Shown here: one piece after another, positions 14,001-27,138 of the stretch
Numbering within the stretch: the stretch's first letter is position 1
Layout of the letters: each line of letters begins with the position of its first letter
Source of the DNA: Leptogorgia sarmentosa
Taxonomy: Eukaryota
Length of the DNA stretch: 64,000 nucleotides
Reading direction: 5' to 3'
Assembly: GCA_964658305.1 (NCBI GenBank)
Contig: OZ210885.1
Location: forward strand, 2,852,001 to 2,916,000
Made by a program: the position numbers and the translations under genes
The notes under the pieces: model-generated
The model's input: the letters and a program-made list of their open reading frames with translations, nothing else
Told to the model about the DNA's origin: nothing
The model's database searches: none

Positions 14001-17000
14001 CGCAAAATGTCAAGTATTCTTAATCATTACAGAATAACATAAAAATGTGGGTGTAAATAATGTCACACTGGGTAAACTATGTTCTCTGACCAAACAAACA
14101 AAGTATGATCATCTACATATAAGAAAATAACAATGCTTTTTCTCATCGACCTAAACTTTTGCTTCACCTTCTAAAATCATTGCCTTGTACTTGACAAGTT
14201 GTTATTCACCAGCTAAATTGAATTGAATTTATTATCATCGGAGCTTAATAAATTTTTACGCCTAATGGTATCCGGTTCTTTCATTTCGCTATGTCTATAA
14301 AAGCACGAAAATAAACATGGCAGTTTAAATAAACTATATTGATAAAAACGAAAATGCAAAATTTACGAGATCATGTAAAAGCGAATTTATGACTTCAGAG
14401 ATAAAGGCAAATTAGGCAATAGGGATTTGTATCAAAGGTTGAATAAAGCTAGAAGCTAAGATGAGGGCGTTAGAAGTCGTTGATTTGTTTTCATAGTGTT
14501 GAAATTTGGTTCAATTAAGGTAATAAATAATCAAGTAAGAATGTATATGTGCAATTTTAGACATGCATACAGCTTCTTTGCAACGGTTTCTTGCTAGGGT
14601 GAAAATAACATCAGTATATTACTTGGATCATCCTTCACATCTGGCTTTAAGCTGCTGAGGCCTTACATTGTATACACACCAAGAAATGACATCAGTTGAA
14701 TCTAAGAGTTTTTTGTGCTTGCTTTTTTTGGCGTGAAATAAGTTTTTATTATCACCGTAAGGTTTTACACCGTGATGTGTCTAAACTCGTCATTCCTAGG
14801 ATTATCAGTTGACCTCTTACGACATTCCTGTTACTGTGGCGGTCAGAATAATTGCGGCACTTCAAAATTGGCATTTTACATTGGCAAAGTAAAACTTCCC
14901 GGATTGACGATTTAAAAGTTATAAGTTTTTAAAAGTTATAATGAATATTTAAGAGGTTTTTGAATTCTAGTCACACAACAAACACAGTGATTGTGAATAT
15001 ATTATGCAAAATTCTGACTTTGTTGGCTTTGAGTAAATTTATACCAAAGATTTTTCTGACACGCGAGGAATAAAATTATTCTCAGTTCTTTACGGAAACG
15101 ATTTCCACTAATAATTCACATTGACTACAATGTTGTCACAAACTTTTAGGATCTACAATATGTTCCTATAGAAATTTATAAAAAATTTCAGGCATTTCAT
15201 GCTTGACAAATAATTAATATTATGATAGGGAGGATTGTAGCCGAATGATGACATGCACGGGATCTGTATATAATGGTCAGGATATATAGGAAATACCAAG
15301 CAGACAATTTATATTCCCCACAAGAGTCATGTTTGTAGTAAAAGTTAAAATTTACTTCTGACTCATGTATAACTTTTGGGCCATGCAATAATATCACTTG
15401 AATTAAAGAAAAAAAATTGGGACCCCTGTTGCTAACAAAAAGAGACCTACGTACGTGCAGTATATTAATAAAGCAATAGCGGAGACAGAGCGGCATTCAT
15501 ATTATCGTGGTACGTGGTAATATTTTCGCGTTCACAAATACTATGAATCGACGCGTTGATATAATTATAATGCGAAATGGGAAATATAAGCCAGACATAT
15601 TCACTGGAAGTCATGACAAAAGTACTCCATTTTTTCATAACAAAAGTATTCCAGAACATTATTTCAACATGAAGTATTGGTCTTATGGCTGCCGGGACTG
15701 GGTTGCCACAGCAACACTGAATCATATTTTTATCAGTCAGTGATGTCATGATGGCTTATAATATCATACTATATTCCATATGTTTAGTTTAGTGTCATTC
15801 TACATTCATTTTTTTTTAATTAAAACGACACACTAGTCGAACATCGTACTTACAATTACTGTACATTGCTGCATATTATAGGACATTTTTCGTTCAAGGG
15901 ACAATGCTTCTATTATTTATGGCGTCTTCAATACAAGTCAATCGTTTGGTTAAGACTGATTTCAAAAGGCATTGATCGTCTAAAGTACTAAAAAAATTTC
16001 AGACTCAAAACTTTTTTACAAAAAAAATTTCAGACTCAAAAATCAGCAAACTTTCTACTCACTACCTGAACGATAAAGAACTTTCGAGAAAGTGGTCTGC
16101 ATGGAATTCACTGACTAATTCTGACGAAGGCCTTTGCTTCCCAACGTCAAATATTTTTGTATTGTTTAGGTAGTGAGAAGGTTGTTGTATTGCCTTACGT
16201 TGGTAGCCGCTACCGATACTGTATGGCTACATACTAATAATATATACTGTCGCTTCAATTATACACCAGACAGACTTGACAAATTCAGCTCACTAACAAT
16301 TGAATAATTCAAATACTTTCACTTAATACACATATATCATTTCTAAATAACACAACAGTAACAATTGAGCAAGATTGCGAATGCAAAAATACTAAATTCT
16401 GAGTATTCTAAATAGCTACACAACAGCAACCCCCAAAAAAGACAACATTTTGATTCCAGGTTCCGACTTTCTTTGTCATCATCAGGAATGATTATATAAC
16501 AAGTGCAAGCTTATACATGCAGTAATCTCTATTCGGACTTAGGAGTAACGGTTGTTGTGTATTAATTTAATTTGTATTGCTACAGTAAGTTCTAACAATA
16601 ATCACCAATGTATACATCCGAAACCAGCTCCTTTTTAGCCTATATATAAAGATGATGTACGAATGCTATGATGAAAAAGATGATGTTGGGAATACAAATT
16701 ATCTTATGTTTTCTATATAGTTTGGTTTTCATATTACAGAGTTGTCACGCTCTCCTCAGAACATTTCCTATAATCTCGTGCGATCAATGAACCGCATCGT
16801 GTGAAAACGTTTAGCTTATTTATAGTATGGAAATTGGTAGCTGCATGTATGTAATAATTTCTGCTGGCTCATGATGGGCATATATTCCAACAAAATGAGA
16901 TCTGCAATCTGCATTGTCAATTTTGAACTGCCAGTTTTATATTAAACATATACAAACAAAACATATTTTCAAAGCTCCATTTATAACGCCGAGTAAAACA

Positions 17001-17251
17001 AATAATAATATCGCATGTCTATCTGCTTATAATGAAAACAATCAAACAGGTAGTCGAAATGTAATTTAATACATTTTAATTAAAATTCAATGATTGATTG
17101 AAAAACCCTGACATACAGTATGCATCAACATTATTCATTGTATATAATGTACAAAAGCCTCTCTCAACATTGAAAACGAGTTTAGTTGAATCACTTGAAT
17201 GACTAAAAAAACACTTTGAAAATCTGACAACGAGCGAATTTCTCGACTGAA

Positions 17252-18196
17252 ATGAATAACACCATCAACCATTTTGTGAAAAGTTGCGAAGTTGCTGGAA
17301 AAGCTATTACGTTCATTGTTTTACGTTTTCCCTCGCATAAACATGTCGTCGGCCAAGCCATTCTTTGTGTGGTGAATTGCGTGTTAATACTAGCAACGGT
17401 ATTGTTGAATGGCATTTTAATTTTCAGCATTTTAAAGTGTTCAAAACTACAGGAAAAAATTCCAGGTTTCCTTATTCTTGTTCAATCCACAGTTGATTTT
17501 GCAGTTGGATTCATATCACTCCCAATGTTTACTTATATTCGAGCCAGTGAAATAATGGAAATACCAAACAATTGTGTCGTAAATTTAATCTCAGAAACTG
17601 TAGTCTACACGATGTTTGGATTCTCGCTTGCTGTCGTTTGTATATTAACGTTGGAGAGATACATGAGCATCATCCATCCAGTTGTTCATCGTATCCAATT
17701 TACAAAAAGACGCATTTCAGTGTCCCTTTTATGCGCCATTATGGTGATGATTCTATGGTCGATGCTTTTGCGGTTCGCTTCGGAAAATATTTATCGCATA
17801 TCGGGTACGACATTTTCGTTGGTGTCACTGGCGATGAACACATTTGCTTATATAAAGATTTTTCTTACTGCCAGGAGAAAACTTCCTTTCGCCTCGAATA
17901 TCCACGTGAACTCGATACACTCAGCTCAGACCATTAAAAAGATGAAGTTACTACGCGAACTTAAGCTCGCCAAATCTTGTGCATTTGTAGTCTTTACGTC
18001 TTGTTTGTGCTTCTTGCCAGCGCCAGCCGCATACCTATATTACAAGGAAGACTCTTTAGATAGCAGAATTGCACATTTCTGGACAATTACCTTTGGAGCA
18101 CTTAATTCGTGCCTTAACCCGGTTATATTCTTTTGGAAAAGACCGTTGCTGAGAGGAGAAGCCTTAAAAATTCTGAAAACTGTTTTTCATAGTTGA
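17252..18196 (+). CDS. Intronless class A (rhodopsin-like) GPCR, orphan, 314 aa
   Basis: Seven hydrophobic segments, TM1 LNG, TM2 D, TM3 LTLERY..I.HP, TM6 CFLP, TM7 NSCLNPVIF. Confidence 0.92.
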   Translation: MNNTINHFVKSCEVAGKAITFIVLRFPSHKHVVGQAILCVVNCVLILATVLLNGILIFSILKCSKLQEKIPGFLILVQSTVDFAVGFISLPMFTYIRASEIMEIPNNCVVNLISETVVYTMFGFSLAVVCILTLERYMSIIHPVVHRIQFTKRRISVSLLCAIMVMILWSMLLRFASENIYRISGTTFSLVSLAMNTFAYIKIFLTARRKLPFASNIHVNSIHSAQTIKKMKLLRELKLAKSCAFVVFTSCLCFLPAPAAYLYYKEDSLDSRIAHFWTITFGALNSCLNPVIFFWKRPLLRGEALKILKTVFHS

Positions 18197-19383
18197 CAGC
18201 TATATGTAATTTGAATTTCCTTCGATTCAGTAGACAATTGGGTAGTGATTTCAATTTCATGTCTTGACTGATTCAGTTATATTCTTTTGAGGAGGGACAG
18301 CTATAACTGCTTCTCATTATAATGTACAAAATTTAAAACGGACAAGCGACCTGTTATTTAAATTTTCAAGTATTTTAAGGTCTCAAAAGTTTATGGGAGT
18401 GTACACAAAAATTATCGCTTTCCCTCTCAAAGGTTCAACGTTTTACGGATGGTTGCTTTTATCACAATACGAGAAAAATACAAAAAGTAAATGAAGCAAA
18501 ACAAAAACTGCCTTTTGAAAAAAATGTATATCGAGAGATTATTAAAGTGTCAAAATGAGTGACATTGCTTTCTCAACACTATTGCATGTTTACTTTGTAA
18601 AAATAAGTTTTAATGGAATGTGCTGTAATACACACTGAGATGTCAATTAAGAAATTGCCAGGATGCCTCACCACGTCCCAATATTGAACGAGAACTATTT
18701 GTGCATGATATTTGTATTGTAAATCTGAAAATCAGTATTAATATGTACTTCCATCATTGAATCATAAATCATATCGAAATGCAACTGTAGATCCTCTGAC
18801 CATTGCACTAAGGTTGTCTATACCTGACCCCATATTTTGGTTTTTGTCAACTTTCAGAGTCATAGAATGTAATGTGAAGTATGTGCAAAGCATTTACATT
18901 GAGGATATTCAAATACGACGTAAAAAGTGTATAAGTAGTGTATATTCTGTGCAACATACTTTCGTATTTTAGATTTTTAACCTTGTAATTATAAATTGTT
19001 ATACTTGTAAATTAGTATTGAAAAACCCTTTTGGGATATACTAATAAATTATTGTATTGTATTGTACGTAGATACAGAAGTGCATAAAATTAATATTCTC
19101 TGTGCAGTTTTTTAGTGATTGAACGTTCTCGTTTGAGAGTTTTGAGACGAGAGAACATAAATTCAAACATGCATGCATGCAGTGTTTTGTTTAAACAAGA
19201 ACTTCATGAAAAAGAAGGCGTCCAATAACTTTCCCTGGCTGTACAGGCCTTAAAATTGAGCATTAAAATGCTTTTATGTTCACTAACTTGGATCTACTTT
19301 TCTACTTCAGGTGAAGGTAGCTAATTTCACTGGATTATTCACCGATTTTTTTTTATCTTTAGATTAATTTGACATCAGAAACA

Positions 19384-22300
19384 ATGGGATACGCGTGTCT
19401 TCGATTTTGCGTGTTCTTTTTCAACGTCCTTTTCTTTGTAAGTGCATTAATCTATAACTCTCTGATCTAAACATTTTTATAAAGCATATACCTTGGGTAG
19501 TTCATAGGGTAGTTCAGACTCGAATGTTCCCGGCATGTGTTGGACGTAATGTTACTGGCCTAAGTTTTTTGTTTGAGCTCATTTGCATTTGGTTCGACAC
19601 GTAAAAAGTTTGACAACTGAAATAGCCTTACCTATACCATATGCATTTTCAATTCAGCTAATCGATTATATATTTTAAAAAAGTCGTCCCGCCTATTGTT
19701 CAATTGAGTATGTTATGGAATTTGGCTAGTTTAATTCAGCTTAAAAACAACTTGTATAGCCTATTTCCACGACTAAAGATGACCAAGTGATTACCTTAGT
19801 TTATGTTAATAGCTACTAGTTCACGTGAGTTTCCATTCTTAAGGCTGCTTTCCAGTTACGTGTTTTTTTACGTACGTGTACGTACGTAAAAATCGAAATT
19901 GATTTTAACATTGGTTTCTATACAATCACATAAATAAATGTAAAGCATCTCATATTTTGAATGATGTAGTATGCGTTTCTAAAGGTATTTTATTAATAAA
20001 ATGAAACATAGAGGGATTTAGACTTTTACGTACGTACACGTATGTGTGAAAACGCGTACTGCATGAAAGCAACCTTAAGATTGAAGGATTGAAAATTGCA
20101 TCATCTTGCCATACGTCGCTTTTTGAATAAAACTCTATCTTCAAACCTAACTGCCTCTATTGTCTCATATGTAATGTATGATTTCAATTATAGTTGAGTG
20201 GTGCTGCTTTGTGCGGTTATGGTATCTACCTTCGGGTGGAGGAAGATGACTACGCAGATATCTGTGAACAGTACAGTTGGGCAAATGCTGCGAACTTGTG
20301 TATCGCTGCAGGAGCATTGATTTTCTTCATAGCTGCCTTTGGATGCATTGGTGCTGCCATGAAGAGCTCGGCACTTCTTGGATTTGTAAGTACAAGCTCA
20401 GAACTAGCTCTAATTCGTTGTTCGATTCCTAGCGCAGGCACGAAAGAAGCAAAACATATTTGATTTCTGTGAATTTCCGTTATTGTGCGACAAAATGCAT
20501 TACACATTTTTTGACTTCACAATAATTATATGAACCAAGCACCATTGTAACGTCCACAGTGTTCATTTGGCAGCATTCACGGTGCAACTGAAATCACGTT
20601 CTTGAGTAGGTATAAGATTTGCAACATGAAGTAAACGGTTTTGCGCGCATGAAAAGGGAGTGATAGCTAAGATTCTGCCCTCTCCCACCTTTAACCAAAT
20701 CGCCGCCTACCCTGAAATAGCCAGGACATACCAGTGATTGCCAACCAACCTAGTAGCTAAAACACCAGTACGATGATGTCCCAGGTAAACGGACTATTCG
20801 CGTGATGCGTGAAATCTGTAATTGGTCTTCTGGACCATCGACAGATTTGTTGAATTATTACCCAAAAAAATGTTGCATATTTACTGCCATATGACATCAA
20901 TATTTTACCAAATTTTGCAGTTCTTCTTTTTGCTGTTGTTGATTTTCGTCATGGAATTGGCCGCTGGTGTCTTGGCTTTTGTCTATAGAACAGAGGTGAG
21001 TTGACTTAACCGGAAATGAATAATTTATTATTAATAGATTAATCATTAATTATGATATGTCTTTGGCAGCATTTTATGGTTAGAAATTACAGTAGAACTA
21101 TCAACATTTTTACCTGCTCATTCATTTTCATATTATAATTATTATCAATAATGGTCTTGACCTTTTTTCATATTTGACACTCAAATTTTTTTTGGAGTTG
21201 TACGGATCGATGTTCTTGACTGTAAAAAAGCCTGTAAGATATAAATTATATCGATTTTTTAGGTCCTCGACGAAGCTGAAATCTGTCTGAATGGTACACT
21301 CGAACAGGCAATAGATGGAAAGTCATCTTTGATAGACGCTTGGGAAGCTGTCCAAGACCAGGTAACCATTTTTAGAACTGTTTAATTACAACCGCAACCA
21401 CCTCAAATAAAAACGTGGGCCGGGGCATAGCGATCTCAAAACTTTCCTTTGCGCCAATGATGTACCATTCAATTCAGTTATCAAAGTTACAACAACGCGC
21501 GTTTACCAACAAACGAACTGATTTATACAGGGAATTTTTTCGAGACACCCAATATTAGTTTTACAATTAACTGTTTGTATCGGATAAATAAAGTTTATTT
21601 TCAATGTTTTGCATTCATTCACTTAAGACCTTAATTAAAATGCTAAAAAAGTGTACAAGATTTCTTGTGACTTTTTGCTATTTTATCTTTTCGTAATTTT
21701 TCGGAATACGTAATGATTGATATAATTATTATGTGATTAGTCCCGCTCATAATACGACAGAAAAACCTAACCGTGTCTTCATTTTATTGCAGTTTGAGTG
21801 TTGTGGAGTGAATGGCATTGCAGATTGGAAAAACCAAACGAAAAACTACTGTCCCGTCGGAGTCATAGAAGTAAGTTATTCCGAAGAATAAGGATTTAAA
21901 AATATATCTCTAATACAACCCTCCAGAACTGAACCACAAGCAAGATCACGAAAATTTTCAAAAACAGGAGTAAAATTTTTCCTGAGGTGTTTGAAGGAAT
22001 CGGCTTTACAGATGTTATTTCTCCCCCTTTGCAGGAATCTTCATTTTGATCTAAATTCAAAATGACTATCTAACGAACATTCTATTTTGTTTCAAACCGT
22101 GACACGGAGATCGAAATTCGCGAGCATATTAAAAAATAAAAAAATTAAAATCGATAGCATACTGCAAAGAAATAACAAAAAAGACAGCGGCAAACTGAAG
22201 AGTACGTATACTTACAGCCCAGTTGTTAAAAAAATATGCATTAATCAATACATTTTGTTAGTCACAAGCTCTACCGTTTATCTATTGTTTGAACTGCCTC

Positions 22301-24448
22301 TCAAAAAACTGCCTTCGATCCTGCTGTACGCGGACATATAAGTTTGTTGTCACAAAAACGTCTGATGACGTCACGTCCGGCAAGCTCAACAGCCTTGAAA
22401 AAAGACAAGAAAGTTTCTTTCGGAAAAATACATTGAATTTAAATTTATTATAACAGATCGAATGTAAAATTTCGAATTGATTTTAAAAGATGATGTGAAG
22501 TAAACACACGCTTTTGTTCACATTTCAAAATGCGCGATATTTATAAAATATATTATATTAAATGTCTAACATTGTTCTGATTTCCTGTGGTACTGAATGA
22601 ATATAAAAAAGAATCTCACAACCGGAAAAAGTTGGAAAGATGTTAAGTTTCAACAATACTTATATTTGCGGTCCTATTGTTATGCGCAGAGCCAGTGCGC
22701 AGAAAGGACTTTACGGCATCTTGGAGTTTATTGATTATCTTGTCACATCAATGGAAAGTTGAAACTTAGAGAAAATTGAAGAGGTTTTAAACAATGAAAT
22801 TACTTTTCAAATAAATAGGGTTGCCTTACCAAATTTAAAGATGAATCAAAAGAATTTCTGCTGGTAATTGGTGGTTTGTGCATTGGTCTGACTCTTATTG
22901 AGGTGAGTTCAAGCTAAGAATTGCTGTAAAATTCTATAACAAGGAATCCTAGGTATGGCTACAGCCACTAGATATATAGTATGCAATAGTTCAAATACGA
23001 GACAGAGCATTTTACTGGGATTTCAAAGACCAAGTGCATTTGAAAAGGCGAGCCTCTTTTCGTATCCGACTTCAAGTATTTGAACGGAAATCTTAGATGT
23101 CAAAACTACGATGAATCCTCCAAAGACAATTTGCGTTATTTCAATGTGCCAGGATTAATTTGCGACATCTTCCTCCGATACTTATCAAACATTAATTCAT
23201 TTTGTATTTGGTTGATTAATTATTAATGATTTTGTCAAAATCATTTTAAGGAAAATTGCGCACGGCGATCGTTCACTATTTTCCACGAGACAAAGTCCAT
23301 TGAAGACACCGTAGTATTCATCCTAGCAAAGTGCAATTCATCCTGCTAGTGCTAATTCTACGATTCTGCCAGATAATTCTTCATGTAATAATCCTTTTCA
23401 AGCCTTTAATTTCTATAAAGATGTAGCTACATGCAGAAAAAGTGCACATCAAATGCCACGTTCACACCAAGCATTTAAAGTCACGGGCTATCCAAAACTC
23501 GATTTCTTTGTGGGATCGATCACCAACTACTTTTTTGAATGACCGGATCCTTGCATAAATTATACGATATAAAATGCGCATACTAATTTTCACAAAATGA
23601 CCTACAGCATTCAGCTAATCATTTTCAGTGCATAACCTCGATTGTTATCATGCACAATTTGTGAAAATTGTATGGAACTTTAGCATTTGAGCAACACGAA
23701 CCGAACATTCTAATGTTTGACCCTATTTGCATTTTAATGTAATTATTGCAACATACATTTAACAAACTGTTTGAGCTGGAGCTTCTAATGTTTCAGTTTT
23801 CGCTCCATCAGCTCCATCAAAGCATGTCTGCGCTGTTGTAACTCTTATCTAATATCTATCGTTACTTTAATTACCATCATTCGAGTGGCTAATTTATTAC
23901 TGCGATGTGAGATGAAATTATATCTTAAATTTACGGCGAATGTGAATAAACAATTTTTGCATAAATTATTTGAAAACGTTTCTCAATTTTTTATCCTTCG
24001 TCCAACGTGTTAGAACGAATGATGCATTCGCTAATTTTTTTATGCCAATCATTACCAGTTGCAATTGCGTTATTAATATAATTGTAGTCAATTTCCTGGA
24101 CGCTGATTGGCTAAAAATCTTCATCAACTGTGCGAATTAAACATTAATTACACAGGTGTGTAATTAATTTTTCAAATACCATGGTTTCGAGCCCGCGATA
24201 TGCGAGCGGTAAATTTAAAAATAAGTAAAACCACACTCGCGGTATTTCGCCAGACACGCGTGCAATTTTTCATTAATACTTCTCGAACCGTGTAATTTCC
24301 TATACAAATAGCAAAATTTTTAACAATATCTTATGTTTTTATATTCTACTAGATCCTTGGTATGATTCTCGCCGTTGCCCTCATCCTTAAAATTAACAAA
24401 GAGAAGAAATTTTCCGCCGAACCCAGGGAGGACTATGGAAAATTCTAA
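19384..24448 (+). CDS. Tetraspanin, 7 coding exons, 225 aa
   Basis: Exons 19384-19437, 20194-20385, 20921-20995, 21263-21361, 21793-21870, 22819-22902, 24353-24448; all introns phase 0. TM1 FFFNVLFF, GCIGA, TM3 E, EC2 FECCG..DW..C..GC, C-terminal YGKF. AATAAA at ~24591 and ~24605. Confidence 0.93.
19843..20074. mobile_element. PIF/Harbinger-like MITE in tetraspanin intron 1
   Basis: TIRs GGCTGCTTTC / GAAAGCAACC with inverted subterminal ACGTACGTAAAA blocks; TTAA context on both sides. Confidence 0.7.
24078..24310. repeat. Dispersed repeat, inverted relative to the copy at 59355-59750
   Basis: CCTGGACGCTGATTGGCTAAAAA and TTAATACTTCTCGAACCGTGTAATTTCCTATAC are reverse complements of blocks at ~59700-59725 and ~59355-59390. 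A fragment also lies at ~9702-9740. Confidence 0.8.
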
Positions 24449-24842
24449 TGTCCCTCTTTGAAGCTTTCTATATTGGGCTAAATTCAAGTTTAACTAGAAT
24501 CTCTATAATTAGACCGATAAAATGTCCGTACTGTTATTATTTTCTTCATAATTGTCATACGTTACAATAGTTACAAAAACTTAAATACTAAATAAAAAAG
24601 AATGAATAAAAGTATACATTTATTGTCTCTAATCCAGCGCGGGAATTGGGAAAAAACTGCGTGCCTTTCTGTAGATAGTATTAGAATACCTGAAAATCAA
24701 CTGTTGTGGTCATGAACAAGAAAAGAAAGAAATTTTTTTGGAGATACAGGGCAGAACATAATATATTATATGGATAATCATGCTTATCAAAATATCAAAT
24801 AAAGCAGGTTCCTCCTTAGAGTGTTCCTATGTAGGAGGGTAG

Positions 24843-25145
24843 CAGGAGCCGGGAAACTGAGGGAGCAATAGGGCACGGTGCCCGTCCATGAGAAAATGTG
24901 CCCTTTTTCGCTTGGATGCATGCGTGCCCTTTTTGTGTTATCAAGTGTGCCCTTGGGTGCATGTCAATATTTTAATAACTGCATGTGTATAATAATATTT
25001 GCATTGTGTTCTTAATTCTTCTAACGCCTAATTCAAACAAAGAACTTTCCATGTGCCGAACCTATTGTAATCCAGATAAGCTCAAACAAAGAACTTTTAG
25101 TTTTAGTTCCCCGTCCCCACTTTTCAAATGCTTCCGCGGCCCCTA
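24843..25145. mobile_element. Older copy of the hAT-type MITE at 7843-8175
   Basis: GGGCACGGTGCCC..GAGAAAATGTGCCCTTTTT and CCCCACTTTT..GCTTCCGCGGCCCCT match the 7843 element; no intact TSD. Confidence 0.7.
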
Positions 25146-25300
25146 TGCAGCGTAGTTAAGTACATCTGGGCGCTGTCATAATCACCCTGATATACATTGA
25201 AGCGAAAAAAGCGATTAGTTAAGAGTTTTATACAACCGGCCCCAGACTTAACAACAGACTCTCAAAGTTGGATTCGAATTATTTTGATACTGACTGTAAA

Positions 25301-25609
25301 GTCACTTTATTTACAACAAAGAATAAAGCGCTCTGTTTTATTAAGTGCTCGTTTGAATAAAATTATAGCGCAATGACATTTTCCTGCCTCGACACACTGA
25401 CGTTTTCAGTCATGGCCATGATTGGACAATTTCGACTGAACGTTGCTGGTGCCGTTCCTCTTCCGGAAGAGGTGCTCGATGACCTGATAACTGCTACAAC
25501 CACAGTACCTTTCATCATTTTGTAAAGACAATGAATTATTTGTGTTCATGATGAGCCATTTTTGTTATTGTGTCCATTAATTTCACAAGGGTCATAAATT
25601 GTGGTTATG

Positions 25610-25655
<46 letters not shown>

Positions 25656-26518
25656 AAACGTATAACAATGTGCCCTCCCGGTTATCACCATAATGGCCTT
25701 ATGGCAACTCCTGAACTTGGGCACAGGATGTACGGTTACACATTGTGAGGAAGGATTGCATTGTGGAGTCACCAGAGTGCTCAAACTGCGAGCAGTGAGC
25801 AATGCATATTGCAAATAGTGAATGTCTAATAAAGATATATATATATATATATATTATTATAATTATGCATGCCCATAAAGGATGATTTTCAAAAACGATT
25901 TGTTACAATTAAAAAATGTAGAACGAATACCATCTTAATTCTTAGAACATTATATAATACGATGTCCTCTCACAAATTTTGGATATAATTTGATTTCAAA
26001 TAATGCTGTTCCTTCTGCATTGGTTCAGTCATGTCAAAGTTATGGTAGCCCGCCGGAAGATTTAGCCAGGGGGGAGAGGGAGGGGTTAACAGCGGGTAAA
26101 GAATTTCGTTCGTGAGAAGAAAATCATATTACACACGATTGTGTTTAATTGTTGGAAACATTATAGTGCAGTCACACAAAAATAAATCAAGGTAATTCAA
26201 ATGTGAAGCTACTTGGATTACAGATTGGCGTACAAAAATAATGAACTTCTCTAGTTGTCAAGTCGTTGCGGTTGGAGCAGTAATCAGGCCATTGCCGGCA
26301 GCTCTTCGAAAGAGGAACTCTGACTACAAAGAACTTTCAGTCGAGATTATGAGCATGACAAAATAGGAAGACTACAAAATTGTACAGGACGTACAAAAAT
26401 TGAAGGAATAACGTCATGAGGGGCGTTGAAAACAGGAAAATGTCACCGCGCTATAATTTTATTCAAACGAGCACTTAATAAAACAAAGCACTTTATAACT
26501 TGCTGTAGATAAAGGGAC
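25301..26518. repeat. Inverted duplication (arms 25301-25500 and 26271-26518)
   Basis: TTTTATTAAGTGCTCGTTTGAATAAAATTATAGCGC versus GCGCTATAATTTTATTCAAACGAGCACTTAATAAAA, plus a second diverged block. Confidence 0.85.
25613..25652. repeat. (AT)n microsatellite
   Basis: Near-perfect AT run; a second run at ~25834-25853. Confidence 0.95.
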
Positions 26519-26528
26519 TATATAAAAG
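26519..26528 (+). promoter_or_regulatory. TATA box of the secreted peptide gene
   Basis: TATATAAAAG. A donor GTAAGT at 26626 and acceptor CACAG ending at 27127 define a 5' UTR intron upstream of the ATG at 27139. Confidence 0.65.
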
Positions 26529-27138
26529 GGCATGGCATACGATGGCTATGGTCACAGGATCATAAGTATCTTCCGATACCAGGGCCGAAGATTTAAAGAC
26601 ATCCTGAATACATGCATTACAGTGTGTAAGTGCAATAATATAAAATTTTATATTTTTAAAGTTTTAGGTGTAAAATGCACGCATGCATGCATGCAAACCT
26701 TCGCCATACTAGCTAACCAACAATGCAACTACCTTTTAGGAACATTGAGTTCATTCTATGTACAGGTGCGCTCATAAGTTATTGGACACCTTCATTTTCA
26801 CGAGGATCTTGCCTGAAAAGGGTACCGCAGGATAAATGAATTTATACTTTTCTCATCTTAAACTTTTCCATTCACTAAAAATTCAAAGACGGTAGAACCG
26901 CTACAAAAGGACACGTAGAAAACACCAATTTGGCCCATATCTGCATCATTTATGCGATATTTAAATATCGATAGCGCAAATGTTTTGTATTTACTCGTAT
27001 GCCATTGAATGTTGGCGCAACGGTTTTTGCAGTTATTTTCAAATTATTTGCTTATAATATTTAATTTTGTTACGCTTAGCCTAATTATTTTTGTAAACAG
27101 TGAATTATCTATTATTACATCACACAGGTTACTCGAAA

